Part shown: positions 27,643 to 37,701 of the stretch, piece by piece
Layout of the letters: every line of letters begins with the position of its first letter
Numbering within the stretch: position 1 is the stretch's first letter
DNA from: Acutalibacteraceae bacterium
GTDB lineage: Bacteria > Bacillota > Clostridia > Oscillospirales > Acutalibacteraceae
Assembly (NCBI GenBank): GCA_045537915.1
Contig: JAZSQK010000010.1
Span: 5,717-69,716 of the forward strand
Length of the DNA: 64,000 nt
Reading direction: 5' to 3'
Position numbers and translations under genes: made by a program
Notes under the pieces: generated by a model
Told to the model about the DNA's origin: nothing
What the model saw: only the letters and a program-made list of their open reading frames with translations
Databases searched by the model: none

Positions 27643-28320
27643 TTAGGCTATTGAGCTGATGAGCTGCATCAGCAAACCTAAGCCCCAATCCAAAAGCCAA
27701 ATGAACACGCCGACCAATGCGCTGAGAATCAGAACGATAAGTGTGTTCTTTGCGACATCACGAATGCCGGGCCATACGATCTTCTTGACCTCACTCTTGT
27801 AGTCACGAAGGAACTGGATGAATCTCTGAATTATTGTGCGCTTTCCCTTGTTTTCTCTAACGAAAATAAGGTCATCTACAAACAGATGAGCAGCACCTGC
27901 AGCGAACGCAGCAAACAGAGCAATTGAGATTGCGAGCGGCGCCCAGGTATAAGCAACCGAGGTAACCGATTCAAAAGGTCTGTAGTCGACAAAAGTAGCC
28001 GGACTGTTTAGTGCTATAACCAGCATATAAACAGCATCAACGACTGCTACTACAGGAGCGGCATATCTCATTCCCTTAAACTTAAAGGTAAGCGCTGCGA
28101 AAAGAACAGAGAAAAGGGTCAAAAAGAAGCAGAACCAAATGTGCGCAGATTTGAAAAGTCCGCCGATACCCTCAATGTTACCTCCGAAAGCAAGCTGAGC
28201 GCCTACGATTTCGTAAGCTGCCTCGGCTACTATGGTAACGAAAGGCACGAAGAAGAGGACTAAAGCTGCCGCAGAAAGTGCGATAGCCAAAATCTGACAA
28301 GCTTTATTGATAGCCTTCAT
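27643..28320 (-). CDS. secE: Preprotein translocase SecE with a ~160 aa multi-TM N-terminal extension
   Basis: The C-terminal FLRDYKSEVKKIVWPGIRDVAKNTLIVLILSALVGVFIWLLDWGL is a canonical SecE. The preceding ~160 aa contain about 4-5 hydrophobic helices. Confidence 0.8.
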   Translation of the reverse strand: MKAINKACQILAIALSAAALVLFFVPFVTIVAEAAYEIVGAQLAFGGNIEGIGGLFKSAHIWFCFFLTLFSVLFAALTFKFKGMRYAAPVVAVVDAVYMLVIALNSPATFVDYRPFESVTSVAYTWAPLAISIALFAAFAAGAAHLFVDDLIFVRENKGKRTIIQRFIQFLRDYKSEVKKIVWPGIRDVAKNTLIVLILSALVGVFIWLLDWGLGLLMQLISSIA

Positions 28321-28332
28321 ATTTTAACCTCC

Positions 28333-28482
28333 TTACTTTGTTTCCTTGTGAACTGTGTGTTTTTTGCAGAACCTGCAGTACTTATTCATCTCAAGTCTGT
28401 CAGGATCATTTTTCTTGTTTTTCATTGTGTTGTAGTTGCGCTGCTTGCACTCTGTACAAGCGAGTGTAATTTTAACTCTCAT
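28333..28482 (-). CDS. rpmG: 50S ribosomal protein L33
   Basis: [59 protein letters not shown]. Confidence 0.95.
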   Translation of the reverse strand: MRVKITLACTECKQRNYNTMKNKKNDPDRLEMNKYCRFCKKHTVHKETK

Positions 28483-28684
28483 GACGGCACCTCCCGTTTT
28501 ACGGAAATAATTTGTGTTCATCGGTTTGTCGTCCGACGAACCGGTTGGCCTCCCTCAGACGAAGCTTCACATACACAACCTTACACCACATATTGCAGTA
28601 TCAGGGAAAACACATACTGTATGTTGTTAGCCTCGCTTTGAACCGAATTCTTTGCAAAAAAAAAGAACCCACAGAGGTAGAATG

Positions 28685-28713
28685 ATTATATCACAAACTA
28701 CCACTGGGGTCAA
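28685..28713 (-). promoter_or_regulatory. Sigma-70-type promoter upstream of rpmG-secE-nusG
   Basis: Minus strand reads TTGACC-17 nt-TATAAT, which implies a ~195 nt 5' UTR. Confidence 0.5.
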
Positions 28714-28738
28714 GTATTTTTTTGTAAATTATTTTACA

Positions 28739-29221
28739 CTATTTATGATATCTTGCGCCCTCGTTTATTTTAAACCCTCTGTATATCTGCTCTAAAAGCA
28801 TAATTCTGAACAGCTGGTGCGGAAAGGTCATCTGCGAGAAGGAAATTTTAAGATTTGCCCTTTGTTTAACCGATTCGTGCAGACCGTAAGAGCTTCCTAT
28901 AATAAATGTAAAGCTCCCGACTCCGTCATTTGTCTTTTGCTCTATAAGCCTTCCGAATTCGTTGCTGTCGGTCTGTATGCCCTCGATGCACATAGCAACG
29001 GTGTAAGAGCCCTGTTCGATTCTTTTAATTATTCTCTCGGCTTCGCTCTTGAGGGCGGCCTCAATTTGTGAGGCTGACGGCGCCTCCGACAAGCGTTCTG
29101 GCTCAAGCTCGACTATTTCAAGCTTAGCGTATCCCGATATTCTCTTCTCATATTCTGCCGACGCTTCTCTGAGATATTTTTCCTTCAGTTTGCCGAGAGA
29201 GATTATCTTTATTTTTATCAC
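28739..29221 (-). CDS. rlmH: 23S rRNA (pseudouridine1915-N3)-methyltransferase RlmH
   Basis: SPOUT-type 160 aa protein. IKIISLGKLKEKY...FIIGSSYGL...SFSQMTFPHQL. Confidence 0.85.
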   Translation of the reverse strand: MIKIKIISLGKLKEKYLREASAEYEKRISGYAKLEIVELEPERLSEAPSASQIEAALKSEAERIIKRIEQGSYTVAMCIEGIQTDSNEFGRLIEQKTNDGVGSFTFIIGSSYGLHESVKQRANLKISFSQMTFPHQLFRIMLLEQIYRGFKINEGARYHK

Positions 29222-30015
29222 AGATTTATCATCCTTCCGTTGTGCGGCGGCGCTACATATAATATATAGTCATTATCCTTTGCCCCTGCATCGACAAGAG
29301 CCGCTCTGACCGCCGACTCTGCCTTCTCGGGCGTGTTGTTTTTCTCTGACAGATGGGCAAGTACAAATCTTCTCGTTCCGTTTTTAAAGAGCCTTGCCGC
29401 AAGCTCTGCGCTTACCGCATTCGAGAGGTGTCCCTCCTCTGAGCTTATTCTAAGCTTAAGCTCGGGCGGATAGGGTCCGAGTCTCAGCATTACGGGATCG
29501 TGATTTGCCTCGAGCATTACAAGATTGCAGCCGCAAAGGCTTTCAAAGACCTGCGGTGTGACCTTTCCGAGATCGGTGCAGACCGCAACCTTAATATCCT
29601 CGGATATGCCGACCGTATATCCGCTTGAGCCCTTAGCGTCGTGGCTTGTAGCAAACCTTCTTATATTGAACCCACATAGCTCATATTCATTTATTTCGTC
29701 TATGTAAACCCTCTCTGTGCTGTCCTCAATCGCCTTTTGGAATTCGAGCGCATATACCGTGTCCCTTGAGGCAATAACAGGAACCTTTATTTTCTTTAAA
29801 AGGGACCTGAGCCCCTTTATATGATCTGTATGCTCGTGGGTAATGAGCACTCCTTTTATATTTTCTAAAGGTATTCCCTCTGCAGACAGAGCCTCTTTTA
29901 TTCTTTTAAAGGAAACGCCGACATCAACAAGTAACCCGCCCGAAGCGTTTCCTATATATGTACAGTTCCCGCTGCTTGATGAGAACATAGGCAAAAACTT
30001 TGCCAAGGCCGACAC
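29218..30015 (-). CDS. MBL-fold metallo-hydrolase (YycJ/WalJ-like)
   Basis: HEHTDH (HxHxDH) motif. GSSSGNCTYIG-type N-terminus. Start ambiguous (GTG at 30015 or ATG at 29988). Confidence 0.75.
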   Translation of the reverse strand: MSALAKFLPMFSSSSGNCTYIGNASGGLLVDVGVSFKRIKEALSAEGIPLENIKGVLITHEHTDHIKGLRSLLKKIKVPVIASRDTVYALEFQKAIEDSTERVYIDEINEYELCGFNIRRFATSHDAKGSSGYTVGISEDIKVAVCTDLGKVTPQVFESLCGCNLVMLEANHDPVMLRLGPYPPELKLRISSEEGHLSNAVSAELAARLFKNGTRRFVLAHLSEKNNTPEKAESAVRAALVDAGAKDNDYILYVAPPHNGRMINL

Positions 30016-30063
30016 CCCCTTTAAATATGATTACAGGGAAGGGACAAGCCCTTCCCCTGCTTT

Positions 30064-31350
30064 TTAGTTTGCTTTCAGAGTTACCGTACCGTCGGGAACA
30101 GAAATTCTTTTTATATCAGCGCCTAGCGCCGAGAACTTTTCGACCACCATTTCATAGCCTCGGTCGATATAATCGATAGAGTCAATTTCGGTCCGGCCTT
30201 CTGCGATAAGACCTGCGATTATCATTGCAGCGCCGGCACGAAGGTCGTTAGCCGAAACCTTTGCCGCTTTCAGTCCTTTGACCCCCTTGATAACGGCGGT
30301 CTTTCCGTCAACCTTGAAATCAGCGCCCATAAAGGTAAGCTGCTCGGCATAGCGGAAACGGCTGTCCCAAACCCCTTCGGTTACAACGCTTGTCCCCTCG
30401 GCTATTGCGAGTAGGGTGGCGAACTGGGGCTGCATATCGGTCGGAAAGCCGGGATGAGGCATTGTTTTAACATTACAGCTTGACGGTCTGCCGCTCATCT
30501 TTACCCTGACAAACTCGTCGCCCTCTTCAACCGTAGCGCCTGCCTCACGAAGCTTTGCGGTAATGGACTCAAGGTGCTTGGGAGTAACCGAGCAGATTGT
30601 AACATCCCCTCGGGTTGCGGCTGCGGCTACCATATATGTTCCTGCTTCTATCTGGTCGGGAATAATGCTGTATGTGGTTCCGCTTAAGTGCTCGACTCCA
30701 CGGATTTTAATAACCGAGGTTCCGGCGCCCATTATATCTGCGCCCATACTGTTCAGGAAGTTTGCGAGGTCAACTATATGCGGTTCTCTGGCGGCATTTT
30801 CAATAACCGTCATTCCTCTTGCCCTTGCCGCAGCAAGCATAATATTTACCGTTGCGCCTACCGAGACCATGTCGAGATAGACACTGCTTCCGCCAAGTCG
30901 TTCGGCTCTGGCCTCAACCATACCGCTGTCGATTCTTACCCTTGCGCCAAGAGCCTCAAAGCCTTTTATATGCTGGTCTATGGGACGAAGTCCGATATCA
31001 CAGCCTCCGGGAGGGGCAACCTTTGCCCTTCTGCAGCGTCCGAGCAGAGCGCCAAGGAAATAAGAAGAGGCTCTCATTCCCTGTGTCATTTCTTTATTTA
31101 CAATATAAGAATGAACCCCCGTTGGATCTATCTCAAAGGAGGTTCTTGTAAGTCGACGAACAGAAGCGCCCAAGACCTTAAGGGCACTGAGTATTGCATT
31201 GACATCCGAAATGTCAGGAACATTTTCAATTATACAGGGACTGTCAGCCAATAAAACTGCCGGTAATATGGCAACGGCTGCATTTTTTGCGCCGCTGATA
31301 TCAACCCGTCCGCAAAGACGGTTGCCGCCGTTTACAACAAATTTTTCCAA
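30064..31350 (-). CDS. murA: UDP-N-acetylglucosamine 1-carboxyvinyltransferase
   Basis: VNGGNRLCGRVDISGAKNAAVAILPA, and the GGCDIGLRPID active-site Cys loop. TTG start. Confidence 0.95.
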   Translation of the reverse strand: MEKFVVNGGNRLCGRVDISGAKNAAVAILPAVLLADSPCIIENVPDISDVNAILSALKVLGASVRRLTRTSFEIDPTGVHSYIVNKEMTQGMRASSYFLGALLGRCRRAKVAPPGGCDIGLRPIDQHIKGFEALGARVRIDSGMVEARAERLGGSSVYLDMVSVGATVNIMLAAARARGMTVIENAAREPHIVDLANFLNSMGADIMGAGTSVIKIRGVEHLSGTTYSIIPDQIEAGTYMVAAAATRGDVTICSVTPKHLESITAKLREAGATVEEGDEFVRVKMSGRPSSCNVKTMPHPGFPTDMQPQFATLLAIAEGTSVVTEGVWDSRFRYAEQLTFMGADFKVDGKTAVIKGVKGLKAAKVSANDLRAGAAMIIAGLIAEGRTEIDSIDYIDRGYEMVVEKFSALGADIKRISVPDGTVTLKAN

Positions 31351-31516
31351 TTCGGCACTAACCCTTCTGATTTAATAATACCAATCAATAATTAGTATAC
31401 CCACATTACATATCACACCACATATTATATACTCAAAGGATAACATTGTCAAACCAAATTTTCTGTAGCTTTTTGCTGTATTGTGACAAAACCTTTATTT
31501 TATTGCTTTCAGTATA

Positions 31517-31545
31517 TTGACTTTTACATTTTACAAGTATATAAT
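31517..31545 (+). promoter_or_regulatory. Sigma-70-type promoter for the esterase gene
   Basis: TTGACT-17 nt-TATAAT. Confidence 0.6.
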
Positions 31546-31579
31546 TTAAAAAATATTGTAAAGAATTGGGTGATTCTTT

Positions 31580-32572
31580 GTGCTAAAATTAAATCAGCTT
31601 TTTACAGATCATATGGTAGTTGCCGCAGGAAAACCGATAAGGGTTTTCGGCACCGGAAAGGGTCATATTTGCGTTAAGTTTTGTTCAAACACCGCCGAAT
31701 GTATTTCAAAAGAGGACTCCTGGCTTGTTGAGCTTCCTGCAATGGAATACGGCGGCCCCTATGAGATGGTGATAACCCTTGATGACCAAAAAATTGTCCT
31801 TAAGGATATCTATGTCGGAGAGGTGCTTCTTTTGGGCGGACAGTCCAATAATCAGATGAAGGTTATGGACAGCACAAAGGAGCGTCATCTAATAGAAAAT
31901 AATTCCTTGCTTCGTTTCTTTATGCTTTTAAGAATTGAAGATGAGGAGCTTGTTCATCCCGAAGACGGTTGGGTAACCGGTGACGGTCTGCTTGACGGAT
32001 GGCCGCTGCTCGGCACCTTTATGGCCCTCGAGATTTACAAAAGAAAAGGAATTGCAGTCGGTCTTATAGGCTGTTATCAGGGTGCTTCGAACGTAGAATC
32101 CTGGTTGCCTGAGGAAATTTGTAATCTTCCCGAATTTCAGTTGCCACTAGACCAAAAAACTCCCGGTCATACACCGGGCCACCCTTATAGCGCATGGAAT
32201 GTTAATGGCAGACTTTATAATTTTATGTTTAAAAAGATTATTCCCTACCCGATCTCAAATGTTATCTGGTATCAGGGTGAATCAGACTCTTCGGTAGCCG
32301 AAGCAGAAATTTACGACAAAGAGGTTGCCGCTCTGATAAACCGTTGGAGGACCGACCTTTTGCAGCCTGAGTTGCCCTTTATAGTTGTACAAATACATAA
32401 TCACCGCAACGATGACGGTTGGAAAGGAATTCAGGCGGCCCAGCTGCGTGTTCCTGACCTTGTTTCAAACACAAAGACTGTTGTGTCAGGCGACCTTTGT
32501 GAAACCGACGATATACATCCTCAGTCAAAACACGCCCTGGCGCTTCGCATTGTCAACACCCTCGAATATTAA
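31580..32572 (+). CDS. SGNH/sialate O-acetylesterase-like carbohydrate esterase
   Basis: LLLGGQSNNQM (GQSN block) and VIWYQGESD block. GTG start. Confidence 0.65.
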   Translation: MLKLNQLFTDHMVVAAGKPIRVFGTGKGHICVKFCSNTAECISKEDSWLVELPAMEYGGPYEMVITLDDQKIVLKDIYVGEVLLLGGQSNNQMKVMDSTKERHLIENNSLLRFFMLLRIEDEELVHPEDGWVTGDGLLDGWPLLGTFMALEIYKRKGIAVGLIGCYQGASNVESWLPEEICNLPEFQLPLDQKTPGHTPGHPYSAWNVNGRLYNFMFKKIIPYPISNVIWYQGESDSSVAEAEIYDKEVAALINRWRTDLLQPELPFIVVQIHNHRNDDGWKGIQAAQLRVPDLVSNTKTVVSGDLCETDDIHPQSKHALALRIVNTLEY

Positions 32573-32579
32573 AAATATT

Positions 32580-32612
32580 ACGGTCCGAACAAAGATGTTC
32601 GGACCGTTTTTT
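32580..32612. terminator. Bidirectional terminator between convergent genes
   Basis: CGGTCCGAAC-AAAGAT-GTTCGGACCG followed by TTTTTTAT. Confidence 0.75.
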
Positions 32613-33978
32613 ATTTACCAATAAGTTCTCTTGCCTGTTTTATCTGTCGTTCTACCGACTCTACCGCTGTTCCACCCTCGCTTGTTCGTCTGAAGGTGCA
32701 GTTCTCAAGGTTTATCGCATCGTAGATATCTTCATCAAAAAGCTCGGAAAACTTTTTGAATTCATCGAGAGAAAGCCTTTCAAGAACCGTGTTATGCTCA
32801 ATACAGAAAGCCACAAGCGTTCCCGAAATTTTATAAGCGCTTCTGAAGGGAAGTCCCTTTTTGGTCAGATAATCGGCAACATCGGTTGCATTTATAAAGC
32901 CGCCTGCCGCCGCATCACGCATTTTTTGTTCGTTGACACTCATAGTCTTTATCATTTGCTCAAAAATGGGCAGACATTGCTTTACGGTATCAAAGCTGTC
33001 GAAAACAGCCTCCTTATCCTCCTGCATATCCTTATTATATGCGAGGGGCAGTCCCTTAAGCATTGTCAGCAAGGTTACGAGATTTCCGTATACTCTGCCC
33101 GTCTTGCCACGCACCAGCTCGGCAATATCGGGATTCTTCTTCTGGGGCATAATAGACGAGCCTGTAGAATAGGCATCATCAAGCTCTATGAATTTAAACT
33201 CAAAGCTGCACCAGAGAATAATCTCCTCACTAAAACGGGAGAGGTGTGTCATAAGCAGGGCACAGGCTGAGCCTAGCTCTACCGCAAAATCACGGTCGGA
33301 AACTCCGTCAAGACTGTTCTCACTTATCCCGTCCATCGAGAGCAGCTCTGCCACTCTTCTTCGGTTGGTGGGGTAGGTTGTTCCCGCCAGCGCGCAGGAG
33401 CCGAGGGGAGAATAATTCATACGGGCGACGGCATCTTCCAGTCGACCGATATCCCTTAAAAGCATCTGGGCATAGGCCATAAGATGATGACCGAAGGTTA
33501 TGGGTTGAGCCCTCTGAAGATGGGTATATCCGGGCATTACGGTTGCCTTATACTCTTCTGCCGTATCGCAAAGCGTGTTTATAAGGGATTTTACAAGTCC
33601 TATTATTTCCTCGGTTTCATCTCTGAGATAAAGCCTTACATCAAGGGCAACCTGGTCATTACGGCTTCTTGCGGTATGAAGCTTTTTGCCGACATCGCCT
33701 ATTCTTTTTGTCAGCTCGGCCTCAATAAACATATGTATATCCTCGGCCGTCATATCAAACTCAAGCCTTCCGCCCTCAAGGTCGCAAAGAATTTCGCCGA
33801 GTCCGTCTATAATCTTGGTTGCATCCTCACTCGAAATAATGCCCTGTTCACTAAGCATTGTCGCATGAGCAATCGAGCCGCCGATATCCTGTTTATACAT
33901 ACGGCAGTCTACCCTTATAGATGAATTGAAATCGTTTACATTTTGGTCAAGCTGCTTCGTAAAGCGACCAGCCCACAT
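32611..33978 (-). CDS. argH: Argininosuccinate lyase
   Basis: MWAGRFTKQLD...GYTHLQRAQPITFGHH...GSSIMPQKKNPD. Confidence 0.95.
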   Translation of the reverse strand: MWAGRFTKQLDQNVNDFNSSIRVDCRMYKQDIGGSIAHATMLSEQGIISSEDATKIIDGLGEILCDLEGGRLEFDMTAEDIHMFIEAELTKRIGDVGKKLHTARSRNDQVALDVRLYLRDETEEIIGLVKSLINTLCDTAEEYKATVMPGYTHLQRAQPITFGHHLMAYAQMLLRDIGRLEDAVARMNYSPLGSCALAGTTYPTNRRRVAELLSMDGISENSLDGVSDRDFAVELGSACALLMTHLSRFSEEIILWCSFEFKFIELDDAYSTGSSIMPQKKNPDIAELVRGKTGRVYGNLVTLLTMLKGLPLAYNKDMQEDKEAVFDSFDTVKQCLPIFEQMIKTMSVNEQKMRDAAAGGFINATDVADYLTKKGLPFRSAYKISGTLVAFCIEHNTVLERLSLDEFKKFSELFDEDIYDAINLENCTFRRTSEGGTAVESVERQIKQARELIGK

Positions 33979-34153
33979 TTTTTCTCCCAAAAAAATCACC
34001 TTTTAAAAATGTTTTTACTTCTTAAAATCATTATATACTTTTATTTCTCTCTTGTAAATAAATATTTAGTCAAAAATAATACTTCTATTTTCAATTGTTA
34101 TTTGGTATAATAAATAATAATGCAATTTTTACGCCTTAAAGGAAGTGAGCAAG

Positions 34154-34909
34154 ATGTTTGTAACGGTTGACGGTTTAAAGATAAATTACACCGACGAGGG
34201 ACAAGGTATTCCCGTATTATTACTGCACGGATGGGGCTCTTCCAATACTGTGTATACAGGTATCATAAATACCCTTAAGGACCGTTGCCGTCTTGTTGCT
34301 CCCGATTTTCCCGGTTGTGGCGGGTCGGACACTATGAGCCAGCCTTGGAATCTCGAAAATTATGCCGACTTTGTTTTAAAATTTATGGCGGCTGTTGGTC
34401 TTGAAAATCCTATTATGTTCGGTCATTCCCACGGCGGCAGGGTTACACTCTATATGACCGCAAAGGGCATGGTGGCTCCGCCAAAGATAGTTTTGCTCGA
34501 TGCGGCAGGGCTGATACCCCAAAAAAGCGCAAAGCAAAAGTTCAGGGCCAAAAGTTTTAAGGCTATAAAATCGGTGCTGACGCTCCCCATAATAAAGAAC
34601 TACTCAGCCGACCTTCTTGATAAAGCAAGAAAACACTACGGCTCGGCCGACTATAACAATGCTCCCGAGGTGCTGCGAAAAACACTTGTTTCCCTCGTCA
34701 ACACCGATATCAGAGAGCTTCTGCCAAACATAAAATGTCCCTCTCTTCTCATCTGGGGCGAAAACGATACTGCGACCCCCCTTTCAGATGCAAAAATAAT
34801 CGAAAAGCTTATCCCCGACGCTGGGCTCTGTGTTATAAAGGGCACAGGTCACTATTCCTTCTGCGAGAGGCCTTTTGAGGTTCACGCAATACTAAACAGT
34901 TTTATCTGA
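34154..34909 (+). CDS. Alpha/beta hydrolase
   Basis: VLLLHGWGSS and GHSHGG nucleophile elbow. C-terminal GTGHYS. Start at the ATG at 34154 after AAAGGAAG. Confidence 0.75.
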   Translation: MFVTVDGLKINYTDEGQGIPVLLLHGWGSSNTVYTGIINTLKDRCRLVAPDFPGCGGSDTMSQPWNLENYADFVLKFMAAVGLENPIMFGHSHGGRVTLYMTAKGMVAPPKIVLLDAAGLIPQKSAKQKFRAKSFKAIKSVLTLPIIKNYSADLLDKARKHYGSADYNNAPEVLRKTLVSLVNTDIRELLPNIKCPSLLIWGENDTATPLSDAKIIEKLIPDAGLCVIKGTGHYSFCERPFEVHAILNSFI

Positions 34910-34922
34910 GGAGTAACAGGGT

Positions 34923-36500
34923 ATGATATTAGAAATCTTGTGGTTAGCGCTCGGTCTTTTGGCAGCCTTTTTAAATCTTGTCCGTCAGTTCCAGATGCTT
35001 CAGCAAAACTCCTATTTTGCCTCCCGTTATCACGGTTGGCTTAAATCCTCTTTCTCGCCCCTTACTTCTATTGTAAAAGGGGCTGTCTTCATACTTATAG
35101 TATGGGCGGTATTTTTCGGCAACGAGACCTTTTCGGCAAGTATGTTGCTTTTTTCGGTGCTCGGCCTTTATTTTGGCTGGAAGGGCTTTTCAGAAAATTC
35201 CCGTTCGATAAAAATGCTGGTCTATACAGCTCGAGTAAAGAGAATGTTCTGCTTTGCTCTCGGTCTTTTAGCCGCAATCGGCACGGTCGGTCTTTTAACA
35301 GAAAAGGTTATCCAACTGTCCTTTTACACAGTTTTCTATCTTCTTCTCATTTTCCCCGAGGCACTTTGTCTTGTCACACTCTTTGCTTTAAAGCCTCTGG
35401 AAAAAATGATTGCCAACCGATATGTTAAGGATGCAAAGAGGATTCTGCGGTCGGTTCCCTCACTAAAGGTAGTCGGTATTACCGGTTCCTACGGAAAAAC
35501 AGGCACAAAATATATTCTCTCCAAAATACTCAGTGAAAAATACAATGTTCTTCATACCCCTGAAAGCTTTAATACTCCGATGGGTGTTGTACGCACCGTT
35601 CGGGAGTCAATGAGAGCCGACACAGAGATTTTTGTATGTGAAATGGGAGCAAAGAAAAAGGGCGATATAAAGGAGATTTGCAATATCGTCCATCCCGATT
35701 ACGCTCTTATTACCTCGGTAGGTCCTCAGCATCTTGACACCTTCGGTTCAATCGAAACGGTAGCTGCAACAAAGTTTGAACTTGCCGATTCTGTAGCAGA
35801 TAAAGCAAATGTTTTTGCAAACGGCGATAATGAAATAATTAAAGAGAAAGTGCAGAATACCGATATTTTCCTCTACGGCACAAAGTCGACACTCTCCTTC
35901 CGAGCCGAAAGCATAAAGGGCAGCCGAAACGGAGCAACCTTCGACCTTGTTTTAGGAGAAGAAAGAATTTCGGTTTCTACAAAGCTGCTCGGCAAACACA
36001 ATGTTCTCAATATCGTAGGCGCCGCCGCCCTCGCATATAAGCTTGGGGTTGATATAAAGGATATCGCCTTTGCAATATCAAGGCTTACCCCCACCCCACA
36101 TCGACTCGAAATGAAATCCTCGATGGCAGGTTCACTGCTTATTGACGATGCATATAACGCAAACCCCGAGGGCTGTCTGGAAGCAGTAAATGTTCTCGGC
36201 TCCTTTACAGGCATGAAAAAGGCAATTATTACCCCCGGACTTGTTGAACTGGGAGAAAAGGAATATGAATGTAACAAGGCTCTCGGTGCCGCTGCTGCAA
36301 AGGTCTGTGATAAAATCATTCTGGTCGGAAAACAGCGCTCGGTACCCCTTGCAGACGGAGTTCGTGAACAAGGCTTTAATGAGGATAACCTCTTTGTTGC
36401 AGATTCATTTAAAAATGCTATGGAAATCTATTCGCAGTTTGCCGATAGCAATACTGTCGTGCTGCTTGAAAACGATCTTCCCGATAATTATTTAAGCTGA
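34923..36500 (+). CDS. murF: Mur ligase (MurF-like UDP-MurNAc-tripeptide--D-Ala-D-Ala ligase) with a ~170 aa membrane N-terminal region
   Basis: VVGITGSYGKTGTK P-loop at about residue 187, EMGAKKKGDI and DDAYNANP. Located immediately upstream of ddl. The N-terminus is strongly hydrophobic. Confidence 0.75.
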   Translation: MILEILWLALGLLAAFLNLVRQFQMLQQNSYFASRYHGWLKSSFSPLTSIVKGAVFILIVWAVFFGNETFSASMLLFSVLGLYFGWKGFSENSRSIKMLVYTARVKRMFCFALGLLAAIGTVGLLTEKVIQLSFYTVFYLLLIFPEALCLVTLFALKPLEKMIANRYVKDAKRILRSVPSLKVVGITGSYGKTGTKYILSKILSEKYNVLHTPESFNTPMGVVRTVRESMRADTEIFVCEMGAKKKGDIKEICNIVHPDYALITSVGPQHLDTFGSIETVAATKFELADSVADKANVFANGDNEIIKEKVQNTDIFLYGTKSTLSFRAESIKGSRNGATFDLVLGEERISVSTKLLGKHNVLNIVGAAALAYKLGVDIKDIAFAISRLTPTPHRLEMKSSMAGSLLIDDAYNANPEGCLEAVNVLGSFTGMKKAIITPGLVELGEKEYECNKALGAAAAKVCDKIILVGKQRSVPLADGVREQGFNEDNLFVADSFKNAMEIYSQFADSNTVVLLENDLPDNYLS

Positions 36501-36513
36501 GAAGGAGTATTTT

Positions 36514-37701
36514 ATGAAAACCACCGTTGCGTTTATCTTTGGTTGCCGCTCGGTCGAGCACGAGGTGTCGATCATTTCTGCCGTTCAGGCTATGAGGGCT
36601 GCCGATAAGGAAAAGTATGACATCATTCCTATTTACGTTTCTAAAAACGGGGAAATGTATACGTCATCTGAAATGTTTGAAATAGAGCCCTTCAGAGATA
36701 TGAAGGCTCTTATCGCATCCGCTTCTCCCGTTACCCTTATAAAACAGGGTAATGATGTTGTAATGCATTATCTCGACTCAAAGCTCTTCTCAAAGAAAAA
36801 GGACATTATTATAAATGTAGCATTTCCTGTTGTTCACGGAACCAACTGTGAGGACGGCACACTTCAGGGCTACCTTGAATTTTTAGGACTTCCCTATGTC
36901 GGCTGTGATGTTCTCTCTTCTGCTGTTGGAATGGATAAGGCGGTATTCAAGTCGGTTCTAAAAGATGCGGGGCTTCCCGTTCTCCCCTGTATTACCTTTA
37001 AGGCCAGAGAATATTCAGAGGATAAAGAGGCGATAATTGAAAAGTGTGAAAAGGAATTCGGCTATCCCGTTATCGTAAAGCCTGTCAATCTTGGCTCCTC
37101 TGTAGGAATTTCAAAAGCCGTCGATAAAAATGCCCTCTTAGATGCTATTGACCTTGCAGTTTCCTTTGCTGATACGGTACTGGTTGAACACGCCGTATCT
37201 GCTATCCGTGAAATTAACTGCTCGGTTTTAGGCGATACTGACTCCTGCGAAGCCAGTGTCTGCGAAGAGCCCTTTATGAACGATGAAATTCTCTCCTATG
37301 AGGATAAGTATACCTCTAATTCAAAGGGCGGTTCAAAGGGTATGGCATCTCTGCAAAGAAAGATACCCGCAGATATAAGTGAGGAAAAGAGCAACGAGAT
37401 AAGAGAACTTGCAAAAAAGATATTTAAGGCTATGGGCGGTTCGGGTGTCTGCCGTATCGACTTTATAATTGATACCGAGACCGACGCCGTATATGCAAAC
37501 GAGGCAAACACCATACCCGGTTCGCTTTCCTTCTATCTATGGGAGGCTACCGGTATGAAATACAGTGAACTTATTGACCGCCTTATCTCACTTGCCTTCA
37601 GGCGAAACCGCAACCGTGAGAATCTGACCTTTACCATAGATACAAACATTCTTTCGGGCGTTTCTTTCGGTGCCAAGGGTTCGAAGGGAAGTAAACTGTA
37701 A
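36514..37701 (+). CDS. ddl: D-alanine--D-alanine ligase
   Basis: FGCRSVEHEVSIISA, HGTNCEDGTLQGYLEFLGLPYVG, ATP-grasp GSSVGISK, EANTIPGS. Confidence 0.9.
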   Translation: MKTTVAFIFGCRSVEHEVSIISAVQAMRAADKEKYDIIPIYVSKNGEMYTSSEMFEIEPFRDMKALIASASPVTLIKQGNDVVMHYLDSKLFSKKKDIIINVAFPVVHGTNCEDGTLQGYLEFLGLPYVGCDVLSSAVGMDKAVFKSVLKDAGLPVLPCITFKAREYSEDKEAIIEKCEKEFGYPVIVKPVNLGSSVGISKAVDKNALLDAIDLAVSFADTVLVEHAVSAIREINCSVLGDTDSCEASVCEEPFMNDEILSYEDKYTSNSKGGSKGMASLQRKIPADISEEKSNEIRELAKKIFKAMGGSGVCRIDFIIDTETDAVYANEANTIPGSLSFYLWEATGMKYSELIDRLISLAFRRNRNRENLTFTIDTNILSGVSFGAKGSKGSKL

